From: an uncultured delta proteobacterium
Lineage (GTDB): Bacteria; Desulfobacterota; Binatia; Bin18
Direction: 5' to 3'
Length of the DNA: 14,085 bases
NCBI GenBank assembly: GCA_963733195.1
Contig: CAVTCR010000067.1
Coordinates: forward strand, 1 to 14,085
Below, piece by piece: positions 6,904-14,085 of the stretch (position 1 is its first letter; every line of letters begins with the position of its first letter). Below the pieces are notes generated by a model. That model worked only from the letters and a program-made list of their open reading frames with translations, made no database searches and had not been told where the DNA came from. The position numbers and the translations under genes were made by a program.

Positions 6904-8224
6904 CTAAATCTCTATGCTCACATCTTGGCTTGCCAGCCGCAGTAACCGATGCGCGTGTATCATCTTTTCCCTCACTGGGAGTCCAAACGGGCATGAATTG
7001 TCACATGGAGTCTTACAGGACACACACTGTGAAGCATTCTGTAATGCGGAAATTCTCGCATAGGCTTCCATGCCCACTCGCTGTTGTCCGTAATTTTCGT
7101 AGTACATCGCGTAGCGCAAGATATCGTTGACGGGCACCTCAGATGGACACGATGATAAGCACGCACCGCAACCTGGCCGGCAATAATCGTTGCTCACGAG
7201 TCGGTCATATTTCTCGAGCAGCTCGACATCTGATGTTTGCAACGGCTGACCTGAGGCATACAGATATTCGTCAAGTCTGCGAGAGCGAATTGATCGATAC
7301 AACCAGACCACTCACGTCCCCGTTGGAAAGAACCCACTTGAAGGCGGCTTGCGAAAAGGACTCACGTTCGCTGGGTGTGAAGTCAGAAAGCGCCGTGTGC
7401 TTCGCGCCTTTTAAGGTTTTCATCGCCACTACCCCGACACCTTTTTTCTTCGCATCGGCAAAGATCGTGGTCAGCGCTGGCCAGTTCTTGAAGTTGTAAG
7501 CCACCATGATGACATCGAACCGTCCAGAGTCGACGGCATGGCGCATCACTTTTTCCAGATCAGGGGTATGCGACGACACCCCCAAGAAACGTAACTTGCC
7601 TTGTTCTTTGAGGCGATCGAACGCTTCATGAATGTTCGGGTTCATCAGGCGGTCAATTGAGTTTACTGCGTGGATGTGGGCGAGATCCAGATAATCAGTT
7701 CCCAGACGCTTGAGACTCCCTTCCACCGCAGCGATGACCTCCTTGACCGGGGTATCGTTGTCGAGATGACCGTCAGGAGTGCAAAACTTGGAAACGATGA
7801 ACAGCTTGTCACGCGGGTGGCCTTTAATTCCCTCACCGAGAGTTTGCTCAGAACCTGCACGTGAATAATCTGGCGACGTATCAAAATAATTCACGCCACG
7901 TTCGAGCGCATGTTTGACGGTAGCAGCGTTGTCGAGACCCGAGGTGCCAAACGATACATCAGACATCTGCATACCGGTACGACCCAGCGGACGGTAACCG
8001 CGGATTCGGGCCTCGTGCCATTCCGGACTTTTCTCCGTGGCTTCTTTTGGCGCTCCCTTGACCAAGAAGATCTGGCTTTGGTACTTGCAGCCTGCGGCGA
8101 GAGCTGCACTCCCGCCGGCAACTCCAAGAGCTGCAGTACGCAGGAAGTTGCGACGACTTGGGCTAGCAGTCTTCGGCGTTTCGTCAGTGCTCGTGTGTGA
8201 TGCTGTAGGAGTCTTCTTTGTCAT
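6904..8224 (-). CDS. Aldo/keto reductase with a twin-arginine signal-like N-terminus and a C-terminal 4Fe-4S dicluster-type domain (one frameshift at ~7276)
   Basis: [61 protein letters not shown] and AMKTL. The second frame gives LDEYL...[13 protein letters not shown]...[13 protein letters not shown]. Removing one base joins ORFs 7271-8224 and 6904-7311 into 439 aa. Confidence 0.9.
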
Positions 8225-8274
8225 ACCATACTCCTTCTGAGAAAACTGAGAGTCAAAAATTGAGAGCTGACAAT

Positions 8275-8853
8275 TTACTCCAACGAAAATCTATGAATCG
8301 TTGCCTGCTTTGTGTACGTATCAATGATGGCATATGCGCCACGGCGGTCCTGATCGCGCGGTTGCGACACTGATCCAGGATTGACTACGGTGACACTGCC
8401 TTCGCGATGGACAAATGGCACATGCGTGTGGCCGAAACAGACAAAGTCTTGTGAAAGTGTGGCAAACCGCGAGAGCCGTGTACTACCAGGATAAATGTAT
8501 TCGTCGTACGGTTCCCACGGGCTGGCGTGGACGAGAAGGGCCTTGGTGCCGTCAAATGCAAGATCACGTGTGAGTGGGGCAGTTGCGAGAAAGTCGAGTG
8601 CTTCCGCCGGGAAGGTTTCCCTGCACTTCTTGAGATACGCCGGGTTACGTCCACCAAAGAGCACGACTTCATGGTTGCCTTGGATACAGAGGACGTTCGC
8701 TTGTTGAAGAATCTCTACCGTTTCCGTGCAGAAGCGATATTCACTTACAGCATCACCCGGACATAGCAGCAGATCGGTTGAGGGCATATCTTCAAGCGCA
8801 CGGCGGAGGGCTTTGGGGTCTGCGTGAATGTCAGAGACAATACCAATTTTCAT
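8275..8853 (-). CDS. Calcineurin-like metallophosphoesterase (YfcE/MJ0936-like)
   Basis: MKIGIVSDIH, GDAV, GNHE, HASP, GHTH and NPGSV motifs. Start reassigned to ATG 8853 (192 aa). Confidence 0.9.
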   Translation of the reverse strand: MKIGIVSDIHADPKALRRALEDMPSTDLLLCPGDAVSEYRFCTETVEILQQANVLCIQGNHEVVLFGGRNPAYLKKCRETFPAEALDFLATAPLTRDLAFDGTKALLVHASPWEPYDEYIYPGSTRLSRFATLSQDFVCFGHTHVPFVHREGSVTVVNPGSVSQPRDQDRRGAYAIIDTYTKQATIHRFSLE

Positions 8854-8949
8854 GAATCGCCTTGTTCTTCGGTGCTGATGACTTTGATGCTCTTGTTGTA
8901 TGGGCTTCGACGGGCGCAAGCAAGAGGCACGAGCAAGCGTTGTTTGGTC

Positions 8950-9599
8950 TTACCGCCACAGGGCTGCGATAGCTTCATCGTATACTGTGGAAACTTCCTG
9001 GAGATTGGTAATACAGACATTTAAGGTCCTGCAACAGGCCATCTTTCAATGCATAGACCCAACCGTGTAAGGTCAGCTCCTGCCCGCGCTTCCACGCATT
9101 ACGTACGATGGTGGTGTTACTGACGTTGTACACCTGCTCAATGACATTGAGTTCGCAGAGCTTGTGCCAGCGTTGGGATTCTTCTTTGATCTGTGCGAGT
9201 CGCGTTTCGTGCTTGTAAGTATACGTCGCGGATGTGGCGTAGCCAATTATCGATCAAGCCTAATTCCGAATTGCGTAAAGCGGCTTGTACGCCACCACAC
9301 CCATAGTGACCGCAGACAATAATATGTTTGACCTTCAACACGACAACTGCATATTCCATGACTGAGAGGCAGTTGAAGTCGGTGTGGACGACGACATTGG
9401 CGACGTTGCGATGGACGAACAATTCTCCTGGAAGCAGGCCAGTAACATCATTGGGAGGAAGACGACTATCGGAACAGCCGATCCACAAATACTCCGGGGA
9501 CTGTTGCTGAGAAAGCTTGTCAAAAAAGTCCGGCTGCTGGGACCGTATCCGCTCAGCCCACGTCCGATTGTTGTCAAATAGCTTCTTCAATGCACGCAT
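8950..9599 (-). CDS. can: Beta-class carbonic anhydrase (two apparent +1 frameshifts)
   Basis: [25 protein letters not shown] and [10 protein letters not shown] (Zn ligands). After an indel at ~9217 it reads [25 protein letters not shown]. After an indel at ~9021 it reads [23 protein letters not shown] (stop 8950-8952). Repaired length 215 aa. Confidence 0.9.
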
Positions 9600-9637
9600 A
9601 AAGTCCTACCCTGTAACGATCCTCGCTCAGCGAAGAT

Positions 9638-9704
9638 GGCAGGCACAGCCTGCCCTACTCGGAAACCACGAATACACGTAGGGCGGGCTGCGCCCGCCAC
9701 GGTG
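9638..9704. repeat. Inverted pair of GTAG-type REPs
   Basis: GGCAGGC-ACA-GCCTGCC-CTAC (9638-9658) and GTAG-GGCGGGC-TGC-GCCCGCC (9678-9698), separated by a 19-bp spacer. Confidence 0.82.
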
Positions 9705-9719
9705 GGCTAGGGTGAAAAT

Positions 9720-10300
9720 CTACCTCGTGGGATGCTCTTCGTATAGATGATCCCCTACGAGAAGGGAAAGTTGTACCGTGGGAATCACTCCACACGCCAA
9801 AGCGAGCACTTGGACAAGAAGATCACTCACCAGACGTTCTTCACCGATCCGATCGCGTGCACCTTTCTGTAACGTAAGGGAAAACACCCGTGTGACTTCG
9901 CTCGTACACAGCCCGACATGAGCACGATGATCGCCTTTTTTGGGTCGATCTGTGACAAGCGCCGCAGTACAGGAAAGTCCGACGACTGGGAATGGTTTCC
10001 AGCTCACGGAGTGCACATGCTCGTTGATATGCTCTTTGTGCCATCGCTACGGCTGTCTCGGCGAGACTGCTTGCGTTGGCATGGCGCCGAGGAACCTCGG
10101 CAAGCGAAGTGTCGCTAGTACGGAATGAGCGCTTCCAGCACAGTTCGTGACGCACCTGGGACCGCAAGGAGGTCGGCAATGGCTTGCGTGCCACCTCCGG
10201 TGACGATGAGAACCGCCATTGTTGGAGTTGTGTGGATTTGGGTGATGAGCAATAAGGACTGAGGAGCGACAGTTGAATCTTTGTTTTGTTCTTCACTCAT
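9720..10300 (-). CDS. CinA C-terminal/PncC-like domain protein (about four single-base indels)
   Basis: Stitched reading: IHTTPTMAVLIVTGGGTQAIADLLAVPGASRTVLEALIPY/SDTSLAE/FLGAMPTQAVS/AETAVAMAQRAYQRA../VVGLSCTAALVTDRPKKGDHRAHV..KGARDRIGEERLVS. VPGAS, AVS.ETA.AMA and G.S.T resemble the CinA-C fold. Repaired length ~192 aa. The start is uncertain. Confidence 0.7.
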
Positions 10301-10319
10301 TACTCAGTCCTTGTTACTC
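10247..10319. repeat. Heptamer-derived 17-bp inverted repeat bracketing the ATG at 10300
   Basis: GAGCAATAAGGACTGAG (10247-10263) versus CTCAGTCCTTGTTACTC (10303-10319), 15/17 complementary. Confidence 0.7.
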
Positions 10320-10329
10320 GGAACTGGTT

Positions 10330-11196
10330 CTAGGTTTCTAAGATTTTCCGTGCCTCCTCCGGCGTAGCTACTTCGTGTCCCATGCCTTTGATCATTGTGA
10401 CGGCACGTTCAACGATTTGGGGATTTGTCAGCTTTCCTTCGCGAGCGTACTGATAATCTTCCAAGCCGATACGTACATGGCCACCGAGACTCACGATAGT
10501 TGGAACCAACGGCAGGTTGTCTCCACCGAGTGTGGCCGCGAACCAGTTGCAGCGTATGCCTTTGAGCATGTCGAGATATGCTTCTAGACTCTTGAGTGAC
10601 GGCGGTAAGCCGAAGGGAAGCTCAGGTCCACCCAAGTAGAATTTCAGCAACAGTGGTTCAGTGAGAATCCCTTGGTCGAGGAAGACGAGCGCTGCACGGA
10701 GGAAACTGGCGTCGAAGATTTGCAGAGTAGGGCGCAATCCCAACTCGCGCGAGTTTTCTAGAAAGTAGCGAATGGTGTCATAGGAATTTTTGTAGATAAA
10801 GTTGCTGCCGTGAAGTGTCTTGCTACGCGCATCGTAGGCAACGAGATTCACCGAGCCCATGTCGCCTGCGCCAAGGTCAGGTTTGGTTTTGGGATCTTTC
10901 GACAGTTCAATGAAGTGTTGAAAACGTGGTGCCGGGTCATCGCCGAACGGAAACGTTGGCCACAAAAGCGGTTTGCATTTCTCCCGTGTCCGTCGGTACA
11001 CCTCGGCATAATACGGAACGTCCTGCACCCACTCCCCATTTTCCGGGTTACGGACATGAAAGTGAATTAACGCCGCACCAGCCTTGCACGTTGCAATCGC
11101 ATCATCCGCAATTTCTTGCGGGCTGTACGGAATATGCGGATTAAGGTTACGCATCGCGTTGCCGTTAATTGCCGCTTCAATCATTATTTTGGCCAT
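10330..11196 (-). CDS. Beta-keto acid cleavage enzyme (BKACE / DUF849, 3-keto-5-aminohexanoate cleavage family)
   Basis: IEAAING, NPHIPYSPQEIA, AGAALIHFHVR (HxH), DMGSVN, GGHVRIGLED and VATPEEARKIL. Start ATG 11196 with AGGAGG RBS at 11205-11210 (288 aa). Confidence 0.92.
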   Translation of the reverse strand: MAKIMIEAAINGNAMRNLNPHIPYSPQEIADDAIATCKAGAALIHFHVRNPENGEWVQDVPYYAEVYRRTREKCKPLLWPTFPFGDDPAPRFQHFIELSKDPKTKPDLGAGDMGSVNLVAYDARSKTLHGSNFIYKNSYDTIRYFLENSRELGLRPTLQIFDASFLRAALVFLDQGILTEPLLLKFYLGGPELPFGLPPSLKSLEAYLDMLKGIRCNWFAATLGGDNLPLVPTIVSLGGHVRIGLEDYQYAREGKLTNPQIVERAVTMIKGMGHEVATPEEARKILET

Positions 11197-11272
11197 AAAT
11201 CTTGCCTCCTTTTGGGATTCACAATCTCGGACGCTTCTTACTGCATTTTGCTCCGGTGTGCCAGGCTCGCAA

Positions 11273-11334
11273 TAAAACGTAAAGCGTAAAACGTAACGGG
11301 AATAAGGAAAGAGCAAATCTTTTTACGTTTTACG
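11273..11334. repeat. Inverted heptamer arrays overlapping the hisF stop codon
   Basis: TAAAACG TAAAGCG TAAAACG TAACGGG (11273-11300) opposite TTTTACG TTTTACG (11321-11334). The left arm matches 5758-5786 at 27/29 nt. Confidence 0.8.
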
Positions 11335-12110
11335 TGATTCGTACCCTGACTGCTCGTTCTGCCAGAAACTCCTTACACTCACGAATTGTGTACTCGCGAT
11401 AATGGAAAATTGACGCAGCTAACGCAGCGTCTGCACGACCAGCGGTCAGTCCTTCGTAAATATGCTCTAAGGTACCGACACCCCCAGAGGCGATCACCGG
11501 AATAGTGACGGCGTCGGCAATCGCCCGTGTGAGTTCGATATCGTACCCACCTTTCGTGCCGTCGCGATCCATGCTGGTCAAGAGAATCTCGCCCGCGCCG
11601 TGCGATTCCATTCTTTGCGCCCAGGCAATGGCATCAAGTCCAGTCGGAGTGCGCCCGCCGTGAATGAACACTTCCCATCCAAGGGATCGGGGGTCAGGGG
11701 TCGGGGGTACGGTGCTTTGCGTCTATAGCTACAACGATACATTGTGATCCAAAACGTTCGGCGGCTTCTTTAACGAACTCTGGCCGATTCACCGCTGTAG
11801 TGTTGATTGAAACTTTGTCTGCTCCGGCATTCAACAAGTCGCGGATGTCTTGAATCTCTCGTACTCCGCCACCGACTGTGAGCGGCATAAAGACCGTTTC
11901 GGCTGTTTTACGCACGACATCGAGAATGATCTTGCGTCGTTCGTGTGATGCCGTGATATCAAGAAACGTTAGCTCGTCCGCACCTTCTTCATCATAGCGC
12001 TGGGCGACTTCGACAGGGTCTCCAGCATCACGGAGATCAACGAAATTGACCCCTTTGACGACACGTCCGTCTTTCACATCTAGGCATGGAATGATCCGCT
12101 TGCTCAGCAT
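11330..12110 (-). CDS. hisF: Imidazole glycerol phosphate synthase cyclase subunit HisF (frameshift in a repeat at 11681-11708)
   Basis: [38 protein letters not shown] and [13 protein letters not shown]. The second frame gives [29 protein letters not shown] and ALAASIFH. Start ATG 12110. Confidence 0.96.
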
Positions 12111-12141
12111 GGAGCGAGTGTCAGGCGTTTCACGCAAAGAG

Positions 12142-13053
12142 TCAAGAGCGGACCTTAGCATGAGGAGGAACTATCTTCTCGTCGGTTTCTCCGTCCTCAT
12201 TCTCATCCCAAACGATTCGGCTGTAATCAAACCGACGAGACTCGACGACGTTAAATTTGACGACCTCAAAATAGGGCGAAAGGTCGAAGTCACGTGGGGT
12301 GACGAGTGTATGGTGACGTCGACGAAACACGAGGCGTGCCTGGGGGTCGGTTGAGCGCAGGAGAAGACGGTGTAACCAAGTACGTCGTGCGGCCTCATCC
12401 ATGTGCTGGGCGACGTACTGGGGAATGATAGGGAAGCCAACCCTGTCAAATGCAGCGGCAAGCATACTTGAGCAAATCACTTGTGTGGGTAGCCCGCCAC
12501 CAAACTGCAGGGCCTTCCGGCGAAAGCGGCGAGGTACAAGGCTTACAGGGAGAAAGTAGCGGGCGAGGTCAAAGACATTCTGCATGTCATACGAATGACC
12601 AAGCTGGCTGATGACATCGTCAAGAATAGTCTGCAGATGATCTTTGCGTAGCTGATACGGACGACACACCCGGATATTAAATTTGATGTACTTCGATAGT
12701 GGTGAAACGACCACTCCGGTTTCGACTAGTGCCTCGACAACCAGATGGTTGACCTCGTTACCAAAAACAGCACGGATCTGCCCAAGTTGCGGGTGGTTTC
12801 TGCGTACCAGTTCATCACCGATGTAGAGGGCGGAGTGAGACCACGAACTTTGTGTCAAATACTTAATGACTTCGCTGACGCGTTGCTCTCCTTCGACGAG
12901 AATAATATCGCCCTTTTTGATATGGCGCTTCAGTGCAACGAGATCATTTGGGAACCGCGGCGTATAGTTTTTCAGCGGCTTTGTCAGGAGAACAGTGAAC
13001 TGGCGTGTGATCGCACGACGCAGTGCCCGCCAGGGATGAAAGGAAAGACTCAT
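12142..13053 (-). CDS. YiiX/YebB-like permuted papain-like (NlpC/P60) enzyme
   Basis: [28 protein letters not shown] (His first), [16 protein letters not shown] (Cys later) and [11 protein letters not shown]. 303 aa and intact. Confidence 0.8.
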   Translation of the reverse strand: MSLSFHPWRALRRAITRQFTVLLTKPLKNYTPRFPNDLVALKRHIKKGDIILVEGEQRVSEVIKYLTQSSWSHSALYIGDELVRRNHPQLGQIRAVFGNEVNHLVVEALVETGVVVSPLSKYIKFNIRVCRPYQLRKDHLQTILDDVISQLGHSYDMQNVFDLARYFLPVSLVPRRFRRKALQFGGGLPTQVICSSMLAAAFDRVGFPIIPQYVAQHMDEAARRTWLHRLLLRSTDPQARLVFRRRHHTLVTPRDFDLSPYFEVVKFNVVESRRFDYSRIVWDENEDGETDEKIVPPHAKVRS

Positions 13054-13118
13054 CTTTTCTATTGTAAGAGAGGGGAGGGCACAGAAACAAGCTGAGACGG
13101 GGCAAAGGGATGCGATGG

Positions 13119-13853
13119 TTAGTGGGGAAGATGTTTCCCGATCAAGATGGCCTCTGCGAGAGCTACTGCCCCAGTATACAAAGCCTTACCAACAATGACG
13201 CCCTTGATTCCTTTCGCTTCAAACTGAGCCAGCCGTTGAACATCTCGGATACTGGCAACTCCACCAGACGCGATAATTGGTAATGACACCGCCTGCGCAA
13301 GGGCCAGAGTTGCCTCAATATTCACTCCCTGTTCAGTACCGTCACGGCTAATGTCGGTGTAGACAATCTCGCTTACTCCCAACCCGGCACACTGTTTGGC
13401 TAAGTCAACCGCTTCCAGAGTAGTGTTTTCCGTCCATCCTTGAACAGCAAGTTTCCCGTTGCGAGCATCAATACCGATGGTGATCTTGCCTGGAAAGCGT
13501 TGACAAGCGGCAGCGACGACTGTGGGGTCACGATAGGCAACGGTCCCAAGAATGGCGCGATGGACTCCCGAGAAGAACAACCGCTCAATCGCTTCCACGG
13601 TACGGAGACCTCCTCCGACCTGTACAGGGATCGATAGCGCTTTGCAGATTTGGCGAATGACTTTGGTATTAACGCCCGTGCCAGACACCGCGCCGTCAAG
13701 ATCGACGACGTGAAGCCGCTCCGCGCCTTCGCTTTGCCAACGCAGGGCGGTTGCCACCGGGTCGTCTGAATAAACCGTGGCCTTGTTCATGTCGCCTTGA
13801 TAGAGGCGAACACATTTCCCATCTTTGAGATCGATTGCCGGAATGACAAGCAT
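13119..13853 (-). CDS. hisA: ProFAR isomerase HisA
   Basis: IPAIDLKDGKCVRLYQG, HVVDLDGA, QVGGGLR, IDAR, YTDISRDGT, IASGGV and GKALY. 244 aa. Confidence 0.97.
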   Translation of the reverse strand: MLVIPAIDLKDGKCVRLYQGDMNKATVYSDDPVATALRWQSEGAERLHVVDLDGAVSGTGVNTKVIRQICKALSIPVQVGGGLRTVEAIERLFFSGVHRAILGTVAYRDPTVVAAACQRFPGKITIGIDARNGKLAVQGWTENTTLEAVDLAKQCAGLGVSEIVYTDISRDGTEQGVNIEATLALAQAVSLPIIASGGVASIRDVQRLAQFEAKGIKGVIVGKALYTGAVALAEAILIGKHLPH

Positions 13854-13856
13854 AGG

Positions 13857-14085
13857 TCAAATCGAGCCCGGAGTCCGCTGTCCGGAGTCCGATATCTTTG
13901 GAGACGGAGTCGGTAAGGAGACAGGGGCGCCAGCAACCAATCTGCCGAAATTCGCCAGAATACGTAAACCAATGGCCTGGCTTTTTTCTGGATGGAACTG
14001 AGTAGCAAACACATTACGCCAACAGACACTCGAAGTGAATTCTGTATCACCGTATTCAGTCGTTGTTGCGATAATCGCAGGGTCG
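13857..14085 (-). CDS. hisH: Imidazole glycerol phosphate synthase glutaminase subunit HisH, 3' end (runs off the window; missing from the ORF track)
   Basis: The minus strand reads [46 protein letters not shown]...*. It has the QFHPEKS motif, and its stop (13857-13859) is 3 bp before the hisA ATG. Confidence 0.94.
   Translation of the reverse strand, partial: DPAIIATTTEYGDTEFTSSVCWRNVFATQFHPEKSQAIGLRILANFGRLVAGAPVSLPTPSPKISDSGQRTPGSI

Noticed and set aside
6788-7130. Novel C-terminal extension on TrxB (411 aa)
   Set aside because: It is produced by a +1 indel. The conserved [13 protein letters not shown] end is in the next frame, and the extension overlaps the convergent reductase gene.
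6904-7311. Separate ferredoxin gene
   Set aside because: It is the frameshifted C-terminal domain of the aldo/keto reductase.
11330-12161. Naturally split half-barrel HisF
   Set aside because: The break lies in a C-run heptamer array, the second half has no convincing RBS, and the window has many other indels.
4589-14050. Numerous antisense and alternate-frame ORFs in the track (e.g. 4589-4981, 5255-5701, 7143-7499, 12745-13095, 13787-14050)
   Set aside because: They are shadows of well-supported genes. 13787-14050 is the wrong frame of hisH.

Overview
Bacterial chromosomal window with two parts. Positions ~1-3200 are a dense cluster of decayed mobile DNA: two IS1-family remnants, a broken DPM1-like GT2/GtrA gene, a ~110-bp MITE with IS6-type ends, and an ORF-less group II intron (domains II-VI, domain I missing) sitting in front of a 5'-truncated gene. 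Positions ~3300-14085 are mostly minus-strand metabolic genes. In transcription order these are hisH (3' end), hisA, a YiiX/YebB-like permuted NlpC/P60 enzyme, hisF, a BKACE/DUF849 enzyme, a stand-alone CinA/PncC-like protein, a beta carbonic anhydrase, a metallophosphoesterase and a Tat-signal aldo/keto reductase with an Fe-S tail, then trxB on the plus strand, then moaC-rlmI and an orphan ORF. Five genes in the metabolic part (trxB, the reductase, carbonic anhydrase, the CinA-like gene, hisF) carry frameshifts, most simply explained by an unpolished long-read consensus. Many gene boundaries carry 7-bp tandem repeats, often arranged as inverted arms; these also occur inside hisF and hisH. GTAG-type REP palindromes occur three times. 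I see no convincing novel multi-gene system such as a defence locus or CRISPR array. The strongest leads are the ORF-less group II intron with its adjacent MITE and the heptamer-repeat architecture. All family calls come from reading motifs by eye, not from database searches.
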